A DNA stretch of 55,545 nt, counting the filler, from Hemiscyllium ocellatum (lineage: Eukaryota), in NCBI RefSeq assembly GCF_020745735.1. It is 2 parts of 2 records of this genome, joined end to end, with 100 filler letters (N's around TTAATTAATTAA, not from the genome) between each part and the next. Parts side by side here need not be neighbours in the genome. Positions count along the whole stretch, not along the records: positions 1 to 27,218 come from NC_083409.1; positions 27,319 to 55,545 come from NC_083446.1. One strand, written 5' to 3'. The notes beneath the pieces were generated by a model. That model was not told the DNA's origin, did not search any database, and was given only the letters and a program-made list of their open reading frames with translations. The translations under genes and the position numbers were made by a program. Each line of letters begins with the position of its first letter. Position 1 is the first letter of the stretch. Below, in pieces: positions 23,026-34,400 of this stretch.

Positions 23026-24076
23026 TTGAAAGACAAGAGAAGCAATTTTAATCCCTGCCTTTTGAAGGGATTTTAACTCTCCGAACATGAACTGGCAAAA
23101 CAATCCATTTTGAACATTTGTCGCCAACTCCTAATAAACCCCATAAAAGAACAGACATTGTTTAAATTACATCTTGGGATGTGGGTGTCACTGGTCGGGC
23201 CAGCATTCATTACCCATCCCTAATTTCCCCTGAGAGGGTGATAGTGAAAGAGAAGAGACAGTCTTGGACCATTATTGAGGGAATGAATGTGGGCAGCTGG
23301 AAGGGCTATCAATGGGGGAGCATTTCAGTGACAGTGATCAGAACTCAGTGAGATTGAGAGTAGGGATGGAAATAGAGAACTATGGAGCAAGTGTAAAAGT
23401 TTTCACTTGGGAACAAACCATTTTACTGAACTGGGCAATGATTTGGTAAAAATGAGCTGAAAGACAAAATGCAAGAGGGAAAGTAACCAGGACCTGAGGA
23501 AAGCAAAGAGCTGACAGGATGAGATGTGTCCAAATGAAGTGAAGGAAATCCCAGGTGATGTTTTATAATCACAGAAAGAACAATAGGAGAATGAAGGAAT
23601 GTATGAGGCCCATTCGAGAGCAGGAAGGGAACTTGTGTGCGGGGGTGGGAGATGGAGCAATGGTTCCTCATGAAAACTTTCGGTCTGTTTTCACAAAAGA
23701 GAGGGACAAAGCAGGAACTGTAGTTCAGGAGGAGGACTGTGCAACATTGGAACGGCATCTTTCACATCTGAAAGACTCCCAGTTCATCCAAAGAATTGAT
23801 CCATGCTGTCCCCAAGACATTTGCAGACAGTGTGGGGCTTGTTTGAAATGTGCTCACTGAAGGAATGCAGGAAATGTGGAAGCCAGATTGTACCCACAAG
23901 TAACATTGAGCCAAGGAACATTTTGAGTGATGTTTGTTCAGGGATAAATATCAGCCTGAATATGATTCAAAAAGAAAATAACTGGAACAGTTGGATGGAA
24001 AATGAGAAAATGGAAGTTAAAGGAGAAGGGAGGTTTGCAGGTTAGTGATGGGATTGATTGTTACCAGAAAATAAAA

Positions 24077-24525
24077 GGACTGCCACAAACACTACATAGG
24101 ACAAACAGGAAGAAAGTTCGCCACCAGGATACACGAACACCAGCTAGCCACAAAAAGACACGACCCTCTCTCCCTCGTAGCTCTACACACAGATGAAAAA
24201 ACCCTCCATTTCGACTGGGATAACACATCTATCCTGGAACAGGCTAAGCAAAGACATGCCAGAGAATTCCTAGAGGCCTGGCACACCAACCACAACGCCA
24301 TAAACATACACATAGATCTAGATACCATCTATCAAACACTCAGAAAATGAACAGGAAATGACATCACCACAAACCACAGGAACCCCATACAGGAGGAAGA
24401 AATAAATAGAAAGCAGGAGACAACAGCTTTGCTTCACTAGGAGGTCACCACTGATGATGTTACCTAGCCAGGTAATGAAACGTCTGGATATCAAACCTAC
24501 AGCTCAGCGAGCAAACCGATACCCC
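24077..24525 (+). mobile_element. Penelope-like element 3' fragment (different family): GIY-YIG end plus terminal repeat with hammerhead
   Basis: DCHKHYIGQTGRKFATRIHEHQLATKRHDPLSLVALH...FDWDNTSILEQAKQRHAREFLEAWH, then CTGATGA-TGTTACCTAGCCAGGTAAT-GAAA-CG-TC. Confidence 0.85.
24448..24487 (+). ncRNA. Minimal hammerhead-ribozyme motif (PLE type)
   Basis: CUGAUGA at 24451-24457; 7-bp stem II GUUACCU/AGGUAAU with AGCC loop; GAAA at 24477-24480; CGUC; stem I CCA/UGG. Confidence 0.6.
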
Positions 24526-25499
24526 TTAAAACAGACATTTTTATACTTCTCTTAAAGAAAGGTACAGGCCATTATCGTATAGTACATTCAGACAATTACC
24601 AACTAACTTATGAAACAATCTTAATTGAAAGCTACTCGCTCCAATGATATTTCCTGGGAACCAACTTTGTTTTCCAACATTTAAGCCACCCTCACCTCAC
24701 TAACCGAGTCTTGCCATCTGCACTTGAAGGTCAGTTAGGGTGGCCAGTAATGTCTCATCTAGTCTAGTTATTTCTATGCTGTAAAGGAAGCATTGTCTGC
24801 TAATCCTGTTGAGGCAGACTGTGATTAGTCAATTATGCAGCTCGAACAGCGCTAAAAGCTATTTTATGCAGCTTTTAACAGAATTGTCAATTTGCAGCTG
24901 AGAAGCCTTTTTGTCATATTATTTGCATCGAGAAGCCATTTTATTCCCACTTAAATCACTAACAGCATGGGTTAAGTGGTTGTTCCTGACAACAACTAGT
25001 TACCTCAGTCTGTATTCAGGTTTCAGATCCTCAGGAGATAGAGATAGGGAAGTGGGAAGCAAAACAAAGGTCATATGTCATGTATAAAAGGGGATTGAAT
25101 ATGAATGGGCAGTGATCTTGTCCATTTCATTATTTGAAAAGTTTCACCATGGGGGTCGGATCACAATATATGTGGCAGTTCTCCATTCCAACAATACTCA
25201 ATACTTTGGAGAAATCTTTCACCCACTAGACTGCTTTAAGGCACATCTCAAAAAGCCACCCAACTGAACGGATTATATTCTATATGAACATATAATATTC
25301 TGCAGCAGCAAGTATACAGATTTTGTGTCAAATGCAACCTTCTGCCAACATTTCATCTTTAAAAATAATGATTTATTCTCTTTCTTTTTCATATACAGAA
25401 TAAACAGATCGACTTCATTACAAATGCATTTTTTTTAAAACAATGTTAAACTCCAAACAGTTCTGGCCACGAAATATTTCATCTCAAAAGATTGATTGA

Positions 25500-26240
25500 G
25501 CACGGGGGTCAAAAGGCAAGTGGTCACAGAGTCAGTTATACAGCAGACCCAACTCACCCGCACAAACCAGATATCTCAATGCGACCTAGCCCACTTTGCC
25601 AGCATTTGGTCCATATCCTTCTCAACCCTTCCTATTCATGTACCCATCCCGATGCTTTCGAAAAGTTAAAATTGAACCCCTCTCCACCACTCTGGCAGCT
25701 CATTCCATGTATACAGCACCCTCTGCCTGAAAACGTTACCTCTCAGGCCCTTTTTAAATCTTCACCTCTCACCTTAAACCTTGGCCCTCTAGTTTATGGC
25801 TCCCCTGCCCTGGGAAAAAAATCTTGGCTATTCACCCCATCCATGCCCCTCATGATTTTACAAACTTCTGCAAAAACCCTTCAGCCTCCAATGCAAATGG
25901 GGAAAAATACTTCAGCCTATTCAGCCTCTCCCTGTAACTCAGTCCCAGCAACATACTTGTAAATCTTTTCTGCACTCTCTCAAGTTTAACATCCTTCCTA
26001 TAGAAAAGCGATCAGAACTGTATACAGTATTCCAGGCGAGGCCTCACCAATGTCCTGTATAGCTGCAACGCAATGCCTCAACCACTACAGTCAATGTTCT
26101 GACCATTGAAGGCAAGCATGCCAAATGCCTTCTTCACCACTCTTTCTACCGGCAACTCCTCTTTCAAGAAACTGTGCACCTGCATCCCAAGGTCTCTTTG
26201 CTCAGCAACAGGGCCCGACCATTAACTGTATAAACTAGTA
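25500..26240 (-). mobile_element. CR1 LINE 3' fragment
   Basis: CATTTGGTCCATATCCTTCTCAACCC...GCCCCTCATGATTTTACAAAC...GAAGGCAAGCATGCCAAATGCCTTCTTCACC. Confidence 0.8.
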
Positions 26241-26288
26241 ACCAGAGAGAACTTTGAAAACAAGATTTGATGGCGAAGTTTAAAAATG

Positions 26289-27218
26289 AAGACCATAAGA
26301 CATAGGAGTGGAAGTAAGGCCATTCGACCCATTGAGCCCACTCCACCATTCAATCATGGCGGATGGGCATTTCAACTCCACTTATCCGCACTCTCCTCGT
26401 AGCCCTTAATACCTTGATAAATTCTTGATCTTGCAATCTGCCTTGAAGACATTTAACATCCCGGCCTCCGCGGCAATGAATTCCACAGGCCAACAACTCT
26501 CTGGCTGACGAAGTGTCTCCTCATTTTCATTCTAAATTGACCCCCTCTAATTCTAAGGATGTGCCCATGAGTCCTAGTCTCCCAGCCTAACGGAAACAAC
26601 TTCCCAGCGTCCACCCTTTCTAAGCCATGCAGTGTCTTGTAAGTTTCTTGTAGATCTCCCTTCAACCTTCTAAACTCTCATGAATACAATCCCAGGATCC
26701 TCAGAAATCATCACATGTTCAGCCTACTTTTTCCAGGGATCATCCGCGTGAATCTCTGCTGGACACGCTCCAGTGCCAGTATGTCCTTCCTGAGGTGTGG
26801 GGCCCAGAATAGGTCACAGTGTTTGAAGTGAGGCTTATCTCAAGCTTTATAAAGTCTCATAAGCACATCACTGCTTTAATATTCCAACCCTCGAGATAAA
26901 TGACAACATTACATTTGCTTTCTGCACCACGGCCTCAACTTGCAAGTCAATCTTTAGAGAATGCTGGATCCCTTTGTACTTTGGCTTTAGGAATTTTCTC
27001 ACCGTTTAGAAAATAGTCCATGCCTGTATTCTTTTTTCCAAAGTGCAAGGCCTCACATTTGCTCACGTTGAATTTCATCAGCCATTTCCTGGACCACTCT
27101 CCTAAACTGTCTCAATCGTTCTGCAGTCTCCCCACCCCTCAGAACATCCTGCCTGTCCACCTAACTTCTTATCATCGGTGAACTTCACCAGAAAGCCCCC
27201 AGTTCCTTCATCCAGATC
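26289..27218 (-). mobile_element. Young CR1 LINE 3' portion, cut by the spacer
   Basis: GDLQETYKTLHGLERVDAGKLFPLG...RRHFVSQRVVGLWNSLP; tail CCATAAGACATAGGAG; KFTDD motif at about 27170-27190. Same subfamily as 42-45 kb. Confidence 0.85.
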
Positions 27219-27318
27219 NNNNNNNNNNNNNNNNNNNNNNNNNNNNNNNNNNNNNNNNNNNNTTAATTAATTAANNNNNNNNNNNNNNNNNNNNNNNNNN
27301 NNNNNNNNNNNNNNNNNN
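27219..27318. other. Artificial contig spacer or gap
   Basis: 44 N + TTAATTAATTAA (27263-27274, stop codons in all six frames) + 44 N = exactly 100 bp. Confidence 0.95.
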
Positions 27319-27544
27319 GGAGCGAATTTAACAGCGACAGGGATTCTGGGTTGCCTGGATGGGGAGGCAAAAGGGAAACACTGTCGGATTCGTTAACATT
27401 CATAGGAAAGAAATTGCATAACACCTGCAACTGGAAATGTTAAGTATAAGAAGAGCTGGTGGAGTTGTAAGGTGCAGCATCCCATTCTACGTGAACTATT
27501 AATAATGTAAATGCACTGAAATGTTTGGTTTAGCGCTACATTAA

Positions 27545-27720
27545 ATGGAAGTCGGTTAGCTCAGTCCGCTGACTAACTGTTTTATGAAAAAAGTGAGACC
27601 AACAGCGTGGGATTAATTTTCTCACTGTCTCACTGTCTCAGGTTTCCACACGGATCATCATGTCCCCCGCTCACCTGATCTGTAATACCCAATCTGACTC
27701 GAGTGAGCAAGATTTGGCCT
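27545..27720 (+). mobile_element. Degenerate tRNA-derived SINE
   Basis: GTCGGTTAGCTCAGT (A box)...CCAACAGCGTGGGATTAATTTTC (B-box-like). Confidence 0.45.
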
Positions 27721-28454
27721 GTTCATGTAAAACATAATTATCATTGCCATCTGTTGCCTTGAACATTTGGTCATCATCAACCGAAAGGGGAATGAATCAA
27801 TTTAATCCTCTTTGATCTCCGCTTGAAAAATCATGCAACAAGACTCAACCGTATTCCAGTTTGAACCTATGTTCCTCAAAGACAGAAAAGCTACTTATCC
27901 AGATCCTTTACCACGTTTATTGACATCATTCAAACTCCACAGAGATAAATATAATACTTTCGATTTGTTTCATGAGCTATGCAGCTTGCAGGAAATTGAA
28001 TGATACAAAACAAGTTAAATAGACTTGCCCAGGATGTAATCCAGTGCTGGGTCAGCGATTTGAGGGAGGCCATCAAGCCAAAAGTTTACCACTGTTTCTC
28101 TGTCCACAGATGGATATTCACCTGGGGAATATTTGCAGATTTTTGGTTAATAATTGGCATGTTTCCTAACGACAAAGCATTTTCACACTTCAGAATCTGG
28201 AATTTCCAAATAACTGCTACTTTCCTCAACATTGTTTTCAATTGAGCTTCAGTCTGATGCTTCAATAATCCCTGGTCAAGGTCAGTAACAGCATCTTTAA
28301 ATATGCATTGATCTTACAACCTTGGCATTTTGTGCACATTTAAGTACTAGGTGCTGAGCAATTTCGCAACTGGAGCTGCAGACAATGTACCAGCCACATG
28401 ACTTACACGTACCTTGGGAACTTTAACTCAACTGCTCTACTTTTGCTCTAATAA

Positions 28455-28735
28455 TTAGATTCCCTACAGTATGGAAACAGGCCCTTTTGCCAAACAAGTC
28501 CACACCAACCCTCCAAACAGTAACCCAACTAGAACAATTTCCCCTCTGGCAAATGAACTATGGGAAATTTAGAATGGCCAACTCACCTGACCTGCACAAT
28601 CTTTGGTCTGTGGGAGGAAACCCACACAGACGCAGGGAGAATGTGCAAACTCGATACACAGTTGACCAAGTCTGAAATCGAACTTGGGGCCCTGTTGTGT
28701 CAGCAGTGTTACTCACTGAACCACAACACTGTGCG
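28455..28735 (-). mobile_element. HE1-type SINE
   Basis: ATTAGATTCCCTACAGTATGGAAACAGGCCC...GGGAGAATGTGCAAACTC. Confidence 0.75.
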
Positions 28736-31249
28736 ATCTTTGGTGTTGATGTGCTGCCCCACTGATACCTCAGTCACTCACGCTGCCTCATTTCCCTGAA
28801 CCGTCTGGTTTTGTAATTAAAGCTAATGCAGACAAGGTGAAACTGACATGAACCTGTGCTTATTGCAGCATCAGGTTCAAGAAAAGGATACAAAAGGGTT
28901 ACAAAAAATGTGAAAAATTGACAGCATTGACAAATGAGTTTCTGTTGGTTCCTGCGTAGTTTACAGACAATGTTACGTTGCCGCTATTGCAGGGCATTCC
29001 CTTCAATCAACTTCAATCTGCACAGAATGCGAATCAATGAAACTTTACCAACTTCCTTCTGAAAGTTCATAAAAGTAACATGAAACATACGGAATTCATC
29101 AATAATCTTCACCATTCCTACATCCAAGAACACGTTGCACCGTTTCCATGAATATTGAAGATGTAAGAATGTTATGCAAGAATAAATTCAATTACAACTT
29201 AAATTGTAAAGTAGGAAGAATGCACAGAACGTCTCAGCATGTCAGAAATTCATGTGACCAGAACTGCGGCCCAGCAGAGGGGAAATCTGTCCCTGAATCC
29301 CAATATCCACACGTTTGTCTGCTCTACGTACCCAGTTGGAAATCTGTGTGAAGGAGCATGCAGTCTGACAGAGCGCCTGAGAGAATTCTTCATTGTCTGA
29401 TCTAAAGCTGCAATAGGAGCTGTCTATTCTGGCTGTGAGAGCGGTGATGTAAAGGAGAGGACATTGATATTCCATAGTGTAGATTCACATTGACCGCATC
29501 ATGTTATTGTTGAAAACCCTGTGAAGGAAACAGCACAGAAAGAGAGGAACGGGAGGAGGCTATGCCAAACACCTGTCCTACACGCCGTTTGATATCATCA
29601 TGGCCGACCAAGCACGTCAATGTCTTTTCCCAGTTCATCTTCAACAACCTGTCTCACAACAGGACGAAGACATTTAAGCAACCGAAACTTTCTGTGCAAC
29701 TTTGGGAGGGAAATGTGTTTAGAGACAATGGGTTTTGCACGACATTGGCAGGTTTTGGGGGTGAGCATCTGATTCTGGCCTGATCATGTTTCAAACGATA
29801 TGAGTCCGTTAAAACTCACCACCAAGAATCTTAGGAACTTCCTCTGGTCAGAAGCTGGGATGAGAACTCCAGACGACAGGAATTGGCGATGAATCAACAG
29901 AACAATCAATGATTCAGTTGAAAACTGAACTAAACTCCAATTCTGGTGCAGTTCAAACGCACAAACATTGAATAGCAATGTTACCAAAGTTGTAGAAATC
30001 TAACACGCTTTTCATTGCGCCACACAGCTGCATTCGCTACGATTTTACTGCACCCAAAGTTACGGTTGTCATGGAGAAAATGTTGACAATCACCAGGAGA
30101 TGCGGAGGGTTTTAGCAAGGAGAACATCTTTTGTTTGCAAACAAAAACCGTGACACTCAGAAAACAAACTGGTAAATGCCCCCGAACCTCTGGTTGCGTG
30201 ACACTGTATACCTTTTCTTTAAACAGGTTTTGTTAGCTTATCGGAATGCCCAACTGTGTTAGTCAGAATTACCTCACTCCAGTTATACAATAAACCAATG
30301 GTGTTAGTACCCATTATCATTCTACTTCTTCCACTGTGTTCTTTTTCCTAATTCTAGTTAATATTTATTCTCCTGTCACTATTCGTTATTCTACTGCCAC
30401 CGGTGCTACAATGATCTACCAAAGCAGCCTGACGAGTCATGATTAGATATTTAGCTACCCCATCTATCACAATGTTTTCCTATCCCGAGGTGACTCTGCT
30501 AACTACTGATTTGATACTTAACGTCATATCCTGCTATAGGCGTCTCAAGCAGGCTGACTCTAATATCAATTAATTATTTAAAGTCATGTCGTTCGTATTT
30601 ATTGTCACGACTTGTCCCCACCTGCCATGATGATATTTAGTAGGCGAGGCTGACTTTATATATTGTTATTATCTCAGCCGCCATAGTAAGATTTCAGACC
30701 AGTCTGACTCTGCTAATTGGTGTAGGAGCATTCTACTATTCTTATCCCATCCTACAACACTGGCGCAATCCTGACCCCGTGACCTTTTGATGGGTGTAGC
30801 ATTATGCAGACCCTTTGTAACAGATCGCCAGTAGTTTCCATGCCTTTACCCTTCCCATGCTTTCACGCTCTGTATTTTCTGTACAGTGTTCGGATCTTTC
30901 ATCAGACATCTGTTTATCTTCACCCACTTTCCAGTGTCTAGTCCACATCCATGTGTGCTCTTGCTTCTCAAGTATTCAGCTAAATACAGCTGAAATGTTC
31001 TGATGACTCATAGCTTTACCACACGTTCAAACAGTGAATTCCGAATAAACAACACTGTCAGAGTGAAAACATTCTTCCTATATCTCCTCTGAGCAACCTC
31101 TTCCTTGCGTTTAACGGAGAGTCCTGGCTGTTAACTCTTCCCATAAGAAATTTAATCCTATATAAATACCGATCCCCTTTATGTGCACCTTAATCACTTC
31201 CTTACTCAGCCTTCTCCACTCTCAGATAAAGAGTCTGATCTGAGCTCGT

Positions 31250-31690
31250 CTATCTTCGTCATGACGGGAGTGTCATGTTGGAAACATACGGCAGGCCAGG
31301 CAGCATCCGAGGACCGGGTGAATCGATGTTTCTGGCATAAGCCTTTCATCAGGAATGAGTCTTGTGGGTGGGGTCTGAGAGATAAATGTGAGTGGGTTGG
31401 TGTTGGGTGCAAGATAGCTGGGGAAGCGAATGGTGGATGGAGGCGGGGGAGAAGTTGTTAATTCAGAGGGGGAGAGATGAATGGGTCCAGATTGTGTTGC
31501 TGAGTTGGATGCTTCAGACTGTGATAATGTGGGGGTGGGGAAATAAGGAAGACGCTGAAATCCAAAGTTATTCCGTGTGGTTGCAGGGTCCCAAGACAGA
31601 ATATGAGGCGTTCATCTACCAGGCGTCAGGTGGTGACGGTTTCGTCGTGGTGTATGCCCGAAACATCGATTGTACTGTTCTGCAATTCGC
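31250..31690 (-). mobile_element. Degenerate PLE terminal repeat plus GIY-YIG end
   Basis: GGCAGCATCCGAGGA...GAATCGATGTTTCTGGCATAAGCCTTTCATCAGG, and GGTTGCAGGGTCCCAAG...GAGGCGTTC (reverse of ..IFxLGTLQP). Confidence 0.65.
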
Positions 31691-32039
31691 ATGACAAGAG
31701 AGATGTGAAAACCAAAGGCTCAAAAAAGGACAAAAACTTATAGATTCGGAGTTACTGGAATTAGACACAGTGCAGACAGAAACCATTTGGCCAGATAAGT
31801 CTGCACTATCCCGTGGAAGAGATTCACACTCCACGAATCTAATTTTCTAAACCCGCATTTATGATCCACCTACAAAAATAGAACTTACAGCAAGAGCTCA
31901 GCGAGTCAGACGGCATCAGTAGAGAGAAATCAGAGTTAATATTGCAAATTAAAACCAGTCAGAGGAAGTGTCTGTTGACCCAAAATGGTCATTCTGTTTT
32001 CCCCGAGCTGCAATTCTGACTTTTGACTCTGATTTACAA

Positions 32040-32250
32040 CACTTACAGTCCATTCGGATTTTGTTTGCCATTGACCTGAATTGCACGCCTTTGCATTGTG
32101 GGAAGAAATCGGAACAGCCAGAGGAAACTGACAAGGGTAAGTGAGAGCAGGAATGTGCAATTTCCACACAGTCAGTCACACAAGTCTGGAATCGAATGCG
32201 GGTTTCTGGCACTGAAAGGCACAGTTCCACCCACTGAGCCCTCCCAATAT
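32040..32250 (-). mobile_element. Degenerate HE1-type SINE
   Basis: ATTGTGGGAAGAAATCGGAACAGCCAGAGGAAAC...GAATGTGCAATTTCCACACAG...CCCACTGAGCC. Confidence 0.6.
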
Positions 32251-33559
32251 GCAAGCACTCGTCCTGGAAACGAATTGAACCGCATCTCACACAGTGACAG
32301 GCGGTGGTAGTACCCAGGAATTTTATGCAAAAAGAAGCCTATTTGAAAATATTGGAAATTAACATTCGCTTAACTATCCGAACTCTTTTTTAAAAACAAT
32401 CAGTTGTCCAATAGCTTCGTCTGTCTTGGCATCTAAAAATTCACATCTGAATACTTCCGAAAGTTATGAGTATTTCTGCCTCTCCAACCTTTGGATATAC
32501 TGAGTTCAAGATTTCGAATAACCGCTATTTCAGAACATTTGTCTGCGCATTCACTCAAATCTTTCCTCTTCTATCCTTAAATCTATGCCATCCTCCCCTC
32601 CCCCTGTGATCGATGTCACCATCAAAGAGAAAGGTTTACTTCACTCTATACCATCCATATTCCTGGCTATTTTGTACATCTCAATCATGTCTACTCTCAA
32701 TTTATTCTGCTCTAGGAAAAACGCGTCCAGACTATCCAATTTCTCTTTATAATTGAAGCTTCGACCCTGACAATATCTTGGTAAATCTCTCCAGCATGAT
32801 TTCCAGTGCTATCATATCCGTGATACCATGCAAATTGCAGAACTGCACACAATAGACGAGATAGGGCCAAATGAACAAGTGAAATAAATGTTGCAGAAGT
32901 CCACAGAAAGAGGTATTTCAAATAATTTTTATTTTCCTCAGTGGTGCCCTGTGTCCTTTTTCTGAGCCTGATGTTCAAATAATCTCTAGTCCATGTTGTA
33001 AAAGCTGCTACTTGAGAAATGATCTCACAATCACGGTATGGAAATGGATTGATTGGTTTGAAAGTGAGCACGTGGTTCTTCTACGATGGTGCATTTGTGC
33101 ATAAAATGCCAAATCTGGAGTGCTCATGGTTAAAGACGGGGAGGAAGGGCATATTTGTCTCCGTTTATTAGATTATTAGGTACAGCAGCAGCATTAACTC
33201 GCACTGAAGATTTGCTTAGCTGAAGCGTGCTGGAGCCTTAAGCGAGAGATCGATTAATTGAAGGGAATCTCTGAAATTTTCCTTAACAATGCGATGTTTT
33301 GTTACTTTGACAGTAAAACCTGTTTTGATCACATTGTCTCCAAATCAGCCTCTTGCTCCCAGTAAAGACTCCTATCCATTCCACATATCATATTATCATG
33401 CCCTCTGTGATAATTGGAATTGAAAATGTCATTCTCTAAGATGCAGCAATGTAGCATGAAGTTGGTAGTGTCCTGAACAAAGAAGAACAAAGAACTCAGA
33501 AAATTTACATCCCATGAACATACCCTTTGGACGTCGAAGCCTGAGCTGATCCAAATCAA

Positions 33560-34400
33560 CTGTCTAAACGTATGACCAAATTCCTACTCAGCTTTATCTT
33601 CTGCACTCCACCTACTCGTGCATATGTCCAGGCGCGCCTGAAATGAATCTACCGTGCTTGCCTCTACTACCTCTGCTGGCAACACTTTTAAGTCACCTAC
33701 CACCATCTGTGTAAAATACTTCCAATATCTATCTCACTTAAACCTCTCACCTCTCACTTTGAACTCGTGACATCTCATTATTGAATCCCTCACCTTGAGA
33801 AAAAGCTTATTTTTATCCACCCTAGCTATACCCTTCATGATTTTATAGACGTCAATCAGGTCCCCCTCAACCTCGTTGTTTTTAATGATAACAAACATAA
33901 CCTACTCAATCTCTCTTCAGAGCTAGTATCTTCCATATCAGGCAACATCTTCATAGACCTTCTCTGCACACTCTCCTAAAGGTCCATTTAATTTCGGTAA
34001 TTTGGCGACCAGAAATGTAAACAGCATTCTAAATGCGTTTGAACCAAAATCTTGTACAACTTTAGCATGACCTGCCTGCTTTTATACTGAAGGCCACGTC
34101 CGTTGAAGGCAAGCATGCCATATACCTACTTGTCCAATCGATTCACCTGTGCAGCTACCTTCAGGATACAAAGGACCTGAACTCCCAGATCTCTCTGCTC
34201 ATCAACTTTACCAAGGCTCTTCCGTTTCCCGAATACTTGGCTCGAGAATCAGACTTCCCAAATTGCATTATCTCACAAATGCCTGTATTGAACCCCATCT
34301 GCCAATTCTCCGCTCAACTTTTCCATTTATCTATATTCTCCTTCATTCGTTGACATTCCCCTATGCTTTCTGCTACTTCATCAAACTTAGTGACATTTGC
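33560..34400 (-). mobile_element. Degenerate CR1 3' fragment
   Basis: TATCCACCCTAGCTATACCCTTCATGATTTTATAGAC...TTGAAGGCAAGCATGCCATATACC. Confidence 0.65.

Noticed and set aside
30141-30149. Perfect nonamer ACAAAAACC
   Set aside because: No heptamer at 12, 22 or 23 bp spacing and no V-like sequence upstream.
33329-33559. Minus ORF with SGFDV...W and QDTTNF.LH, reminiscent of VH CDR1/FR3
   Set aside because: The motif spacing is far too short for VH, there is no YYC, leader or RSS, and it does not fit VNAR either.
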